Below, one piece after another: positions 1-13,100 of a stretch of DNA of 64,000 nucleotides. The stretch is from Raillietiella orientalis. Taxonomy: Eukaryota. The notes beneath the pieces are model-generated. The model was given only the letters and a program-made list of their open reading frames with translations, was not told where the DNA came from and did not search any database. The translations under genes were made by a program, and so were the position numbers. The stretch's first letter is position 1. Every line of letters begins with the position of its first letter. The stretch is from NCBI GenBank assembly GCA_036172245.1, contig JAYWIR010000016.1, forward strand, positions 2,666,001 through 2,730,000, given 5' to 3'.

Positions 1-1840
1 AATCTCGAAGGACAGTACTGCAGGATAACCATCAACGGGCAAGACACGGCAGTCATCCGGATGGAGAGGAGAATCCTCCAAGGAGACGCCCTTAGTCCGA
101 TGCTGTTCGTGGTTTACATGCAGGCAGTTTCATCACTGGCGCACTGTGGCGGCCGTCTGCAAGGACTAAGACTAGACGACGACAGACTGACTCACCTGGC
201 GTATGCGGACGATCTCCTCTTCTTCCTGAAGGACGAGAGGGACCAGCATGCGTTCCTCGGTGTCATCAAGTCCATGGAGAGAGGCCTAGGCTTGTAGATC
301 AACGCCCAGAAATCCCAGCTATTGCCCATCGGAATCCTCCACCGGTCCGCCGTAACGGAGACTGGATTCCGAGTGGTGGACGGCATCAAGTACTGGGGAG
401 TCCACATCGGCGACGCCTCGGCTCCGCAGCACATGTGGAAAGAAATCCTGGGGAAAACGAGAGAAGAGGCTGCAAAATACGTGCGACTGGACTTTTGCCT
501 GAAAGCAGAGGGCAAACCTGTGGAACGGAGTCCTCCTTCCCAAGGAGCTCTTCAGAGCGGCCTCCTGCCGACTGGACGAGCGGACGAGCAACCAGGTGGA
601 ACAACTGCAGAGAAAAATGCTTTGGAAAGAGTTCAAGCCGCGGGTCAGACTAAAACTTTGTGCCGACCGCGAGACAAGGGCGGGACCGGGATGAAATTGC
701 ACGAGCAATCCATGGATCTGCAGGACGTGCGACAAATCCTGGATCTTGCCGCCAAATGGGACGAGTGGCCCTATGCAGCGCACAGAGCCTACTCGCAGTT
801 GATCGACTATTCGAGAGGTCTGATTTCCGCCCTAATAGGCAAACAAGGACAGTGGGGAAGCATCGATCCCGCTTGGAAGCTCAAGCAAGCACTGCGGAAC
901 ACCTACGATCTCAAAATGGCGCCTGCACGAACTGGCGAAGATCATCCCATGCTCCCTGCGCGTCCCTTGGGACACCAGAAGGTAGATGTTCGACAGGCCA
1001 AACAGGACCATCAAGGACTGCGAGCAGTTTGAAACCAGTGACGATCGCCAGAAAATGCGACTGATCCACCCCACCAAGAAAACGATAGAAAGATTTACCC
1101 ACAAAGATGGAGAGCTCTGCAGAAATCAGGAATCCGAATGCTGGCGCCTGATCACCAGACGAAACATCCGAGAAGCAGCGAAGAAGAATCCCGACAAGGA
1201 CGACGCTCTGTCTGTGGCCGTCAGCCGCTACGGGCGCCGACAGGTGAACCTGCTGGAGGTTGGAACCACGGTCTGGACGAGCGATCTACCACCCGACACT
1301 CAAGATGACCACCTGCTGTTTTATCACGGAGGCATCCTGAGCGGCACGGGGGCGAGACACTGGTCAGGGGACGCGCAAGAAGAGATATGCAAGGCCTGTG
1401 GAGCCAAGGAAACCCAACCCCACGTGCTCACCTGCCAGGACGCTGCGCCGGGACTGGGCCAAGGCCTGCAGAGGACGGACAAGATGGAGATCCTGGCAGG
1501 GATGTTTGAAGGGAACGGCAACGTTCCTCGATACAACCCAATGGTCCGCATTACGATCTCCCTGTTTATCACGAGCAGCGTGGTAAGAAGGGCAAAAAGG
1601 AGGACCGGAATCCACAGTGTGCCGGCTGTTGAAATACTGAAAGGTGTAGTTAAAAGGGAAATCGGCATCGGAAGTTGTGGACGCATTCCCGCTTGGACGT
1701 ACTGTTACATCCTGCAAAGGACTCAGGAGCCTTGTCATGTGAGTGAATTCCCCACGCAAACTCATCGACTGGATGCCCGAAGACCAACTTTGAAAGTGAA
1801 AACCAGTGACATTGACCAACACTTGCATGAACGAAAGTAA
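1..1840 (+). mobile_element. Degenerate non-LTR retrotransposon (LINE, L1/Tx1-like) ORF2: reverse transcriptase C-terminal half plus C-terminal CCHC zinc finger; 5' part lies outside the window
   Basis: Frame 1 from base 1 reads ...ITINGQ...ILQGDALSPMLF...LAYADDLL (RT motifs QGDxLSP and YADD), then in-frame TAG at 295-297, INAQKS, IKYWGVHIG, LCRPRDKGGTG (L1/Tx1-type GGLG box), and CKACGAKETQPHVLTC (CCHC finger, ~1388-1435). One stop and at least three frameshifts (~503, ~655, ~960-990). Confidence 0.9.
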
Positions 1841-4800
1841 AGCACACAAGCATGTCGGACTGGGGAAAACCGGAAAGAGCCGATCTGGTTTTGACGAGTG
1901 AGCGCCTAGGATAGAAGGAAGAGGAGAGGCTGTAGGGAGGAAATCCCCCTTGACCTCCCGGCAGGGGTCCAGCCTGCTTCCTCTGCACTCTGTTGCTAAG
2001 AAAAGATGGACTGCTACCCTGCGACAAGACCTCAGTCCTCTGACCTCTTCCTTTCCGGCTGCAGCTCAGCACCCTATTTGCTCCCAGGCCTCCCGTCCTC
2101 TCTTCGGTGGGTCAGAAAGAACGCGACGAAGACGATAAAAAGGGGAGGCCAAGAGGAATATGAAGAACTTCCTACCTCGGACGGCAGGGGAAGGTCTGAG
2201 AAGTCTTGGAAGAGCTCCCAGTTACCACCCTCCCAGCAATAACCTTGTCCTGAGTCAGGAGAGGAGTTGATCCTCGCGAGGGTGGCGGACTCGAATTCCC
2301 TTCCGTCTCAACAGGAAAGGATGAAGACCTTTGGACCTACTGCGCACACCTCTCCTGCCACTTGCCCTTCGTTCTCCCAGGGACAACTCCCTTTTCCTTT
2401 CCCTTCTCTTCGTCCACAGCCGATGCTCCGGGAGACGGGAGGTGCCTAGAAAGTGGGGGTGATCCGAAAGCCTGGCGCGGATGCCAGAAAAAGAATGGGA
2501 TCAAAAAAAAAAGCGGAAAGGGGAGACCGTGGACGGTCGGGCATCCGCAAGGAAGAGCCGAATTTGCACGGGAGGAGAGGAAAGGGATGGGGTAAAGTGG
2601 GACTAAGGGCGCCGCATTTCGCAGGATTCCGATTGGAGAAGTGCAGGCGCAATGCTCTCTGTCCCTTCGCCCCCTTCTCCTCCCCTCTCCACAAACGGTT
2701 TTAGGAGGGAGGGGGAAGAGAACAGTTTCGTACTCTTGTGTCTCTCCGGTATCCTGCTCCCCTTCCTCGTTCCAAGGAAATGCGAAATCGGCTCCTTCCG
2801 GTCCATATCCCAAAGATTCTCGTAGCGTCTCAGGACAGGGACTCCAGCCGACTCCACACCCTCGAAGGTGCGTCGTCATGCTGTCTTCAAGGAGGAAAAA
2901 GGGAGGCCGCAGGCTCCATCGGCAGAGGGGTTCGAGCCGCAAAGGACGCACGCGCCCTTTGCGGCTTCCCCTCGCGGCACGTGCTCTCCTGCGGGGGAGT
3001 GGGATCGGCCTCTTCCCTGAAGAGGTCATCGGCTGGCTCCAGTCCATCCTTGAGATCGTGGCCTTCGGCCCTCAGGAAAGCGTACTAACGGCTACTCAGG
3101 TGATTTCCAGGATGCTGCAACACCCCCAGGGGAAAACTGGGGATGTGGGTTGCAAGCTCTCGTGACCTTCTGTGTGCTGCGCCTCCCCAACTCGCCGATC
3201 TTGGAGAGTCGGGAGCGAGTCCCTGCTCCCGACCTCCGTTTCCTCTTGGAGCCAACAAACGGGAAAGCAAAGTTGTGCTGGTGGTCGTGCCCTTCCCTCC
3301 TCCCTCTCCTTTTTTGGCACCGAGCTTCTTAGGGACTAGGGTTCTGGACTGCCCCCCCTGATCAGAACGTGATGGCGTGGAAGGTGGAGAGACACCCCGA
3401 TCCCAGCAATGGGAACACTCCGGAGGAAGTGGACTTTCCGCAAGTTCACAGGGTCGCTCCTGGGCGAGGTCCTGCCTGACACGAGAGTTGTAGGAGCAAC
3501 CTGACCTCGCCCTGTTCTCTCTCCCGAGTGGGCCTCCTCGCACGCGGGATCGCCGCCTTCCTGCTGCACCTGGGAGCCTCGAAGAGCCCGAAGAGATAAG
3601 GTCGACCCCTCCTCTTTCTGGTGGGGGCTTAAGGCGAGTGAGACATCCTGTCGACAGTTCAGTAGGTCGGAATTCAGACTCTCAGGTGGCTCGTGATGAA
3701 GCCTAAGGCGTCCCTTGCAAGAGAGGCGGGGTTCAAGTCAGCGCGACCACCACGGGGCGCGCTTCCCAAAAGATCGGAGCCTCCCGAGTCATTTTGTGGC
3801 TCCTCCGGGCTGCGTCACCAGCTGGAGCCACGCTCTGCCCTTCCAGCTGATGCCTCTGGGGGTGCCGCAGCAACAAGGAGAGAGCGATTATCTTCCCATA
3901 GGGTCCCAGAGCACCCCAAGCGAGATGTTGGCGTCTCCTGGAACCAGAGAGGGAGACCCTGGCGACGGTCCAAGGCACCGCGGGGTCCCTCCTGATGAAC
4001 TGCAGGGGGCCTCCATCCTTCCGATCTCATGGCTTCGGAGAGAACCAGAGGGAGCCTCCCTCCCGCTGGACACGTCCTTGGGATCGCAGCCGGCTTACCC
4101 CCATTTCCCCTCCGCTGACTCTCGGTGCCGCCGCCTCCGGAGCGATGCCTCGCTTCTTTTCAGGGGCTCCTCTCCGAAGGGGTCAGGATGATCCCCGCTC
4201 CTTCCTCCCTCGCTGAACAGGATCTGAGCTGAACGGGGACGAAGGGAAACTTCCCGACGACGGCCCACTCTTGCTTCCTCCCTAGCGGGCAGGATTCCTT
4301 CCTGGAGAGGGAAGGGTCGCAACTCCTGGGCAAGCCGGTAGCCCCTTTTCTCCACGAAAGTTTCCTCTCCCTTCCCCGGCTCTCTCGTGGGAGGCCTCGG
4401 GCCGCTGGAAGGCCTCGTGCGTGCTCAGCGGCGCGTGCCCAGGAGACTTGAATGGGACACCCGTGCGTTCTTCTCAGACGAGTGAGCGCGAGGGGCCCTA
4501 CAACCAGCCTCCACGGACGGGTCCTGTTGTCATAAAACGCAGAGTGGGTGCAGCAGGTGGACGCCGGGCCTCTATCCCTTCTTGGACAGAGAACCGCGCC
4601 CTTTTCCTCGGGAGGGTGCCCAAAAGCCTGACGAAAGCAAGTGCTCTCGCGGCAAAAACGGTGGAAACGGGAAGACGCGAGGAACCTTCTGCCCTCTCTC
4701 CCTCCTGCATCTGGGGCCGACCCACCTTCCTGGATCTACAGGAGCGCGGGGATGAGTCCTCCCTGATCGGGCATCGCGGTCTGCCGACGCCCTTCCGCGG

Positions 4801-7800
4801 CGGGTGCACGCGAGAGAGGGCGCTCGGGAGGCGCTCCTCCCGGCACGTGCGGCCATCCCGTGGATTGAGAAACGGAATCCCGAAGCGTCCCGGAGATGGC
4901 AATCGCTCCCCCTGGCCGGCGAGATCCTGCGCGCGTCCCTCGGGGACGAAAGAACCATGAAGGGGGAGGGGAAGGAAAGGGGAGAGGAGAGGGAGGGGAG
5001 AGGGCTTCATTGTCCTTGTCCGCGGCGCTCCTTCGGGATCGCCTCTCCCGGAGAGTTTCCACCGCCCCTTACGGCGGCTCCCCGCCTTCTTGGTAATCCG
5101 CGCAGGGAACCGTTGATCCCGTGGCGGAGGAGGGCACGAGGGAAAGGAGGGAAGGGAGGGACGGACGGACTCGCGCCCGGAGCCGCCCCGCCGCGTGCCC
5201 TGGGAAGGGATACCGTCGCCGGGTCGCGGCACGCTCCCGGAGGCTGGCCGGCTGATCCCCAGGGATCAGTCGCCGGGGCGGCTTCGGGCCGCTTTCCCCT
5301 CCCTCTCCCTCCGGAGGAGGCGCGGGCGCGTGCCTCGCCCGGCCGACAAATACCGGCACGCGGCTCTCCTTTGTCGGGACTCCGGGAAGGGAGCAAATAA
5401 TGCGGGCAGTCCCAACTCTTACCGGGAACGCCGCCGTAATCCTCGCGCGGAGCTCGGGGACTCGCGCCGCCGACGATTCCCCGGAAGTTTCCCTCCCGGA
5501 GATGAGCCCACCTACTCCCTAGCCCCCTTCCTCGGGAATCGGCGCCCTTCCATCTCGCGTCCCGCTGCTTTCCCTCTTCCCCTTGCCCCCGGCGCGACGC
5601 AGCTTCCTTCGGGAAGGCGTGCTCAGGAGAGCTCCCTCCTCCTCCCCCTCCCCCCTTCGAGAGGTCGAGGGTGCGCGAGAGTGCATCCCCGAGTCTCTCC
5701 TCAGAAGGTGCAGGGGATAGGTCTCGGCCTGTCCTTCCCAGGGAACGAGCCGCTCCCCGCCCCCATCCCCCTCTCTCCAGGGAGAAGGAGAGGCAAGGAT
5801 CTGTCTGGCAGAGTGGAGCTCTGGGCGCCCATCCCAGGACGGGGGAGCTCTTCCCCCTTTCCGTTCCGCAGGGGGTGAGGTTTCCCGGAAATCGTCCCGC
5901 GAGAACGAGATTTCCCCAAGGGACACCCTCGCGGGATTGCAGGCATCGCTACGGCCGGGGCTTTGGCCACGAAGAGGGGGAGGGAGAGATGGAGGAGTCC
6001 TCGGGAGGAGGGAGGGGCCGACCCGCGGAGGACCGAGGGATCTGGAGCGACCCTCTCCTGGCTGCACCTCCCGTAAGCCGGAGACTAGCCAGGAAGAGGT
6101 GATTCCCATCGGGGACACGGGCACGAGGAGATCCCCCGCGAAGGAATGAGCGAGGGAGAGCTGACGGCTCCACCGTGAGATGGTGGTTCCTCCACAGAGG
6201 AGGGAGCGGGGCTGGCCGTCATGGGTTGGTTGGGGCTGGAAGGTTCAACGGGAAGAGGCGCCGTCCATCCATTCCCCTTCGTTACCCTTACGGTGGATGG
6301 AGACTGGGAGCGCTGCCCCTCTGCTGCCCCCCTATTCCCTTCTCTTTTCCCTCCTCCTCTCCCCCACCCGCCCGGCCTTTCCTTCCGCGCTGCCTGCCGG
6401 GCGCGCGCTCCCTCTTTTCCCGATCGCATGGGCCGCCGCGAGGGAGCGTCCGCGCGTCTCCCTGCCTGCCGTTCCTTCCCCCGAGACCCACGTGTTCTGG
6501 GAGGCGTTTGAGATCATCCGAGCAGGGCAAATCGCGCAATCAGTCGGCGGGAGCGTTCGGGAACGGCGATTTTCCGCTCGGATGCCTTCCTACGGGAGAC
6601 GCATCGGGGACTCGGGGAATCCCCTTTTATTAAATCGTTCTCCCCTCCATCTCGTCGCACCTCCTCCCTTCGAAGCGTTGGGAGGCAACGCGCAGCACTT
6701 GGAGGCCCCTGGAGGCGCAGACCGGGGCATGCAAAGAGGAAGGCAGCGGGGAAAGATGAGGAGGAAGAGGGGGGCGAGGAGGGAACAGGAAGAAGGAGAT
6801 ACCCTGCACAGAGATCAGACCGTCGCTCTCGGAACGCTTTTCGGGAAGGGAAAAAGCCGGGACCGCACGATGCGCGCTCCCGAACCCCCTTCCCTTCCTC
6901 TTTGGGGGGGGGAGGGAACGGGGGTCTCTCCTGAAAGATAAGACCCCGTCCCCCCTCTCTCTCCTGGAAAGACGCGGGGTCCCTCTGGGACGACGGCAGC
7001 GCCCCCTCGGCGAGGACCCGGGGAGCGTCGGGGTGAGGAAGGGGAAGGAGGGAGGGAAAGGTAGGGAAAGCGAGCGTCCTGGTAAACGAGGAAAAACGGA
7101 CTTGGCGGACCACCCATTTCATCCGTGGGGCCCGCCCCGCTGCTGCCTCCCCGGAAGAGGGGGAGGAGGAGTGCAGGCGAGAGTGTGCGAGGGAGAGGGG
7201 AGTTAGGGGAGGAGGGGGGAGACCGTCGGGGGAAGTCCCGGACTCCCTCGCTGAGCCAAAGCCGCCAGGCGACCTTCTCGGCCGCCGTCTCCCGTCGAAC
7301 GGCGACTCGAGAAAGCGGCGGGAGCGACGACGGTGAAGTGCTCTAGCCAGGTTCCCCCCCCCCGTCCCCTCCCCCACACACACAAACGTCCTCCCTTGTT
7401 GGAAGATGGAGGGGGGGGGGGTTGAAGGAAGGACTACCGTTCGTGCAGCTGCTGCAGAGAACGGGCTTCCCGACTCCTCCCACCTTCCTTCTGGAGGCTC
7501 AAGGAGGGAGGGACGATGCGGGGGAGGGGGAGTCTCCACCTGCTCCGCGGCCGCCCGTTGCGAGGTCCCTCCGGGAGTGCATCGGGAGTGCTCCCTTCCC
7601 TTCGCGCCGTCGCCTCCAAAGTTGCGTGGGGGGATGCTGGGAGGGAGAGTGGAGCCGCCGTTCCTGCGGACTCCACTTCGTGGGGAGGGCGGAGAGCAGC
7701 CCCCGCTCCCCCAGAACCTCCCAGATCGAGAGAGAAAGGCCGGGGAAAGCCGAAGAATCGGAAAAAGAGGGTTTTCCTCCTCCCCTCCTCGAAGTCACTC

Positions 7801-8550
7801 ACATCCCCTGAATGCTGAGGATCAACGAAGAGAGGTGACTCTCTCCCTCTCACCCCCCGCCCTCCTCCTTGCCCTCCCCGAGCATGCCCGTTGCCGTGGA
7901 GACGCTCCTCCCGCTGTCTCTGCGCACCTCCTGGGGAGCGTCTCCGTCCTGCACGAGCAGGGAAGCGAGCGCCGGGAGTGGGAAGGGAAGCAAGCCAACG
8001 GGGGAGGGGGCAGGGAACCCGGGAAGCGGGAAAATCCGCCTCGATTCCTGACGACGGCAGCCAAGGCGACCCTTTTCCCGTTCCCCACGCGCCGTGCCAA
8101 GGGATCGCAGACCTCCCTCGGCGGCTGCAAGAAGGGAGGGGGAGGAAGGATCGCTGCCTCCAGAAAGAACGCATCCCGGGGAAATGGCAACGGTCAGGAT
8201 GAGGACAGCCCTCCGGCAAGGACTTCCCCCTTCTTTAGTCTCCCCTGTCGGTCCAGTTTCCCGAAGGTCACAGTGGGGGAGGAGGTGGCGACGCTCTGCT
8301 GCCACCTCGATGTCATCCGTTCTCGGACTCGCCCCTCCTCCCCTACGGGGGTTCTGGGAACGCGGGAGGAAAACAAGGAGAGGAAGCCTCCCAGCCCCCG
8401 GAGTTCGCTCCCCGAGGGCAGGCCCACAGCCCGCGCGGATGATGGGGGAGAAGGAGGAGAGAGAGCGTTCCCGAGCCGGGGGCAGAGCGGGGCTCCGGGA
8501 TCGTGCGTTCTCGCCCGCACCTGCGCGGACGGAGCGCGGCGTCCGTTCGC

Positions 8551-8660
8551 TTATCGATCGTCCTTCTAGTGGCCCCGCCCACCTCCGTCGGCCAATAGGA
8601 GGCGCCGAGGAGGGTAGCTCTGCCGGCCGCGAGCTCGGGAGGTACCGCCCCGCCCCCACC
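8551..8660 (+). promoter_or_regulatory. Candidate proximal promoter of the Lmx gene (GC boxes, CCAAT box, DRE-like site)
   Basis: TTATCGAT at 8551, GGCCCCGCCC at 8571-8580, CCAAT at 8592-8596 and CCGCCCCGCCCC near 8645, upstream of a (GCC)n-rich tract (~8945-9030) and ~1.5 kb before the first traced Lmx exon. Motif-level evidence only. Confidence 0.3.
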
Positions 8661-10136
8661 CGCAGGCGCGCGCGGGGACTCTCCCTGCCGCGCGCACCGG
8701 GCGTCGGGGCAGGTGAGAAGGCGGTGGCAGCCTCCCACCACCCCACCTTCCTCCCGGGTGGACCGTTGCCCCTCCCCTTCCCACGGAGGGAAGGAACGGA
8801 TGGGTGCGAGGGCGCCCTCTCTTTCTCCACCACCCCCTCCGCTTCCCACTGTCCCGAAGGCGCCGCAGGGTGGAGAAGCAAGGAAGGAAAGGGAGTGAGG
8901 GGGTGGTGGGTCGGGTACGGCGGCGGTCCCCCGCGGGCGCGGGCGCGACCGCCTCCGCCTCCGCCCCGCTGCCGCACAGCCGCTGCTGCCTCTGCCCGCT
9001 GCCGCCGGGCGGCAGCCGCCGCCGCCGGGTGTGCCGCAGAGCAGAGAGCGGCGAGCGAGCGACGAGCGGAAAGGCTGAAGGTCGGACGCTGCGAACGGAC
9101 GCTCTTCGGGAAGACGCAACGACCGGAGGTCGCCTCGGCGCTCCTCCTGAAACCGCCCCGCGGGGTCCTCGACCGGAGAGGTCCCCGCTCCCGAGTCCAG
9201 ACCCACCGCCGACCCCGCTCGCGCGCGCACGCACGCAGCCCCCTACCCTCCGTCCCCCTCTCCACGCGCCGTACCACGCACCCGCCCTCCCGGGAGGCGG
9301 CAGCGGTCCGGGAAGGAGGTGGGCGCACCGAGAGAAGCGCTCCCAAGTCCGTCCCTTCCCAGGAGAAAGGAAGTGACGCCCCCCTTCCCACCTCCTCCAC
9401 TTACCATCCCCCTCCCCGTCACCCCCCGGTGGTGTTCGGCCTCCACCTCGGCCGCCCTTCTTGTTGGAAGCAGAGCCTCTCTCCGGCCCCGCCGCCGCCC
9501 AGAGCGCCTCGCGCGCAGAGAGCGAGGCGCCTTCCCGCCCCGAGGATGAAACCCAGGACTGCGCCCAAGGATCTCTGAGGAAGAGCCACCAAGTAAGCCG
9601 CCGCCTCCGCTGGGGGAGGGAAGGTGGGGGGATCAGGAGTTGGGGGCGGGAGCCCAGGGAAGGGCCGGAGGCACGCCAGTCGCTCCCTGGGGCGGAGGCA
9701 CCGGGGCAAGGGAGGTCCTCCGTTCAGGGATGGAAACTCTCCGTCCCAGGACCCCGCGCGACCCCTCTTCCTTCTCCGTGGACGCCTCCCTCCCCTCCCA
9801 GGTCACGATCGCTGCCTTCTCCGGGGGAGGGAGAACAGAGGGAGAACTCTTCTTCCCCCCCGACGTCTATCGCCGGCAGCCCCCGGGACCCCCTGGACAT
9901 GCGGGAAGCTCCCCTCGCGCGGAAGGCACGTCGTTCCGGGAGCGACCGCAGGCAGTCCCGGCGTTGGTCGGGGCGGGTGCCGCAAGGGGTGGGAAGGAGA
10001 CACGGGGAAGGGACGGCAGCAGCGAAACATCCTCGGAATGGTGGTGCTGGAAAAGGAGGCGTCGTGGCGCCTCCGGCTCTCCCTCCTCCTCCTTTTCGAG
10101 AGGGCGCTGGCGACTGACGGGCGCGCTCCTTTGCAG

Positions 10137-13100
10137 TGTCGGCGGAGCGGACCCGACCCTGCGAGCCCTGCGAGGGCTGCGGGCAGAAGATCTCGGACCG
10201 ATTCCTCATGCGGATGGGCAACGCCTCCTGGCACGAGGAATGCCTGACCTGCAGCGTCTGCCACGTGGTCCTCACCCAGTCCTGCTATACCCGCGACAGG
10301 AAGCTCTTCTGCAAGATGGATTACGAGAGGTGAGTCCCCCGACGACCCCCCTGGGGAGGGAAGGGGTTGCCCGGAGACCCACTCCTGGGACGAGGAAAAC
10401 CCCCGTGCTTCCCTTCCCCCTCCCCGAGGACGGTCTCCCGAGCGGCGGGGCCTCAGGGGAGGAACGGGGAGGAATCCAGCCGAAGATGGACCGCGAGGTC
10501 TGTCTCTCGGAGCCGACGACGTCCCGTAAGCGGAGGCGGAGAGAGGGCCGCCGGTCCCTGGCGAAGGAAGGGAGGAGGTGGAAAGCACTCCCTATGACCG
10601 GCTACTCTTTCTCCCGGGAGTCGGAGGAAGGCCGCAGAGGAGACTCGCGCCGGCGAGAGAACGAGGAAGCTGGGAGACCCTAGGGGGAGCGGGGAGGTCC
10701 TCATGGGTGGCGCGCCAGGACCGAGCGGCCTGACCCTCACCCCAGGAGCCTTCGGCTCTCGAGTCCCCTCTCGTCAGCTGGAAGAAAGGCACGGGGGGCG
10801 GAAGCCCCGGGACTGGAAGCGGTGGGACTCTAGTGCCTCCTCCCACGGGCGCCCGTCCCGAACGAGAGCCCCCCTTCCGCCCCTGAGACGGGAAGTGCAG
10901 GGCCTACCGATCCCTTCTCCCGTCCTGAAAGACCGTCCGTCCCGGAAAAATGGAGCGGAGGAAGCCCCTCCGCTCCCGAGGGATCACCGCGGCACGGCCC
11001 GCCGATGGGGGCGCTTCAGGGCGGAACCGCGGGACGAGGATGGACGCGGAGAGATGGAGACGGGCGATGAGCTCTTTTGCCGCCGTTTCCTCCGCACCGG
11101 GAAGAAGGGCCGCGGTCCCTCAACGAGGATGCTAGCGCCCGTGCAGCTCGTCACCGAATCGGACACTTGTTGCTAGGGGAAACGGGACCGGCGCCGGTCG
11201 CTTTCCCGGGACTCATCCCAGACTCGGCGAATTTTAGAGGAATAAATTAAATAAATTTGCATCCCGATGAATGCTAATTGGCATGGATCCTGCAGTTCCA
11301 GGCATCCCGCCTGCGACTCCCTCTCGTCGGAGAGGACAAGGCAGGTCACCCGGGAAGCTTCCTCGAGGAGTGGATACCAGAGCGCCCCTCCCTCCACCTC
11401 AGGGATCCCTCGCCCCTTCCCTTCCCTTCCGTCTGTTCGAGATCTGTGGAGGAGACGCTTCCGTCCTGCTGCCACGGCTCCGGGAGTAGGTCCGCCCTAC
11501 ACCAGGAGCATCGGGATCTGCCCGTCGGTCGGTCAGATCTCCCCCTGCACGGCCCCTTCTGGGAGAGACGCCACCCACCCTCGTCGCCGAGGCTCCTCGT
11601 GCCCCCCGCAGATGCCCTGGTCGCAGGTCTGGCGCGCCACGCGGAGGGTCGCATCCCGAGCGGCCTTGACAGATGGAGCCGACTACTCCCGGAGAGCGGG
11701 TCGTCGCGTCATCCCCCGCTCGCCACCCTACAAACCGGAGGAGGGAAGACGGTGACCCGACGGGGGGTGCAGAAGCAGCGCCGGAGAGGAGGAAGGCATC
11801 CCGCAGCTTCCACCTCCTGCGGGCCCTTTGATCGTTCCGCCGACACGCGCGTCGCGCCGCTGCCAAGAAATCGGCGATGTTCCTCCCCTCCCCCCCTCCC
11901 GAGAGCAGGGGTGATGCGACTCCGCGATCCCCCAGGTCCGCGAGCGGCACTCGCCGCAGAGGGCGCACTTCGGACGCGGTCCCTTCGGAGGGGCAGGGGA
12001 AGGAAGAGGCTGAGGCACGACGGGAACGGCGGTGCCATGGAAATCCGTCCGGGTGCTCGTCCCGGCGGGACTGCGGCTCTTCCCCTCCCCGGCAGTCGCT
12101 CGGTGTGCGCTTCCCAGAAGGACTCGGTCCCGAGAGCACGATCCAGGACTTCGGCCCGGAGGATCCCTGGATCGCGCCTCCCCGTCCTTGAAAAGGGGAA
12201 ACATGATCGCTCTCTTGACCTCTTCTTGCCGCACCGATACCAATTCCCAGGAGCTCTCCGCTGCGACGACAAACGGGACAAGCGAGGGAAAAGGGAGAGG
12301 GGGGAAACATGGCACGCTGAAGGGGGAGAGGATCATGTCTCCCTCTTTTCCGGGCCGATTTCGCCTCTCTGTTCCCACCTCCTGACCAGGGGCGAAAAGC
12401 CGTGAAAAGAGGGGTCATACGGAGGCCCCTCCTGTCCCATTCCACGCTCGAGGAGGATCTCTTCTTCCCGGCCCTACTCCCACCATCCCTTCCTGGGGGT
12501 GAGGTGAACCGAGTCCCTCCCTCCCGGCACTTCCCGCCTCCAGGACACTCTTCGTCCTTTCCAGAATATTCTCTGCCAAGTGCGGCAGCTGCGGCGAGAA
12601 GATCTTCCCCCAGGAGCTGGTGATGCGGGCGCAGGACCATGTGTACCACCTGCACTGCTTCGTGTGCGTGGGGTGCTGCCAGAGACTGCAGAAGGGCGAC
12701 CAGTTCGTGCTGCGTGGGGGACAGCTCCTGTGTAGGGCCGACTTCGAGAAGGAGCTCTTCATGCTGCAGCAGACGGTGGCCTGCGGTACGCACCATGTCC
12801 AACGCGCCCACTCCACCCCATCCCGGACCCCTGCCTCAGGGAAGGGGGAGGGGGGAAAAGGGGAAGCGCGCATCTCCCCTTCCTTTCTCCCTGCCCCTTT
12901 CCCTCCCGAACAGGGAGGGGGAGAGTAAAGCGCGCAGGCGCGACTCCACCACGGCCCTCCCTCCCTCCCCTCCCTCCCTCCTCCCCCCCGGGGAAGGGAC
13001 GCGACGAGGAAGGGCTGAACCTGGTTCGTTCCCTTCCGAAGGAGGACTGCTGGGCGGCGGCGAGGACAGCATGAAGAGCAGGGACGGAAGGAGGGGTCCC

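Noticed and set aside
3085..3543. CSHC motif suggesting a gag/ORF1 zinc knuckle of a second retroelement
   Set aside because: CxxC is not followed by correctly spaced His/Cys and no other retroelement motif is visible.
7406..9578. Very long overlapping ORFs (387, 516 and 494 aa) upstream of Lmx1
   Set aside because: Open on both strands and in several frames, Arg/Pro/Gly/Ala-rich with no domain; expected from stop-codon scarcity in very GC-rich DNA.
11278..12811. 375-aa (+) and 470-aa (-) ORFs in the Lmx1 intron
   Set aside because: The minus ORF is partly the antisense shadow of the LIM2 exon; the rest is GC-rich intron with no protein-like features.
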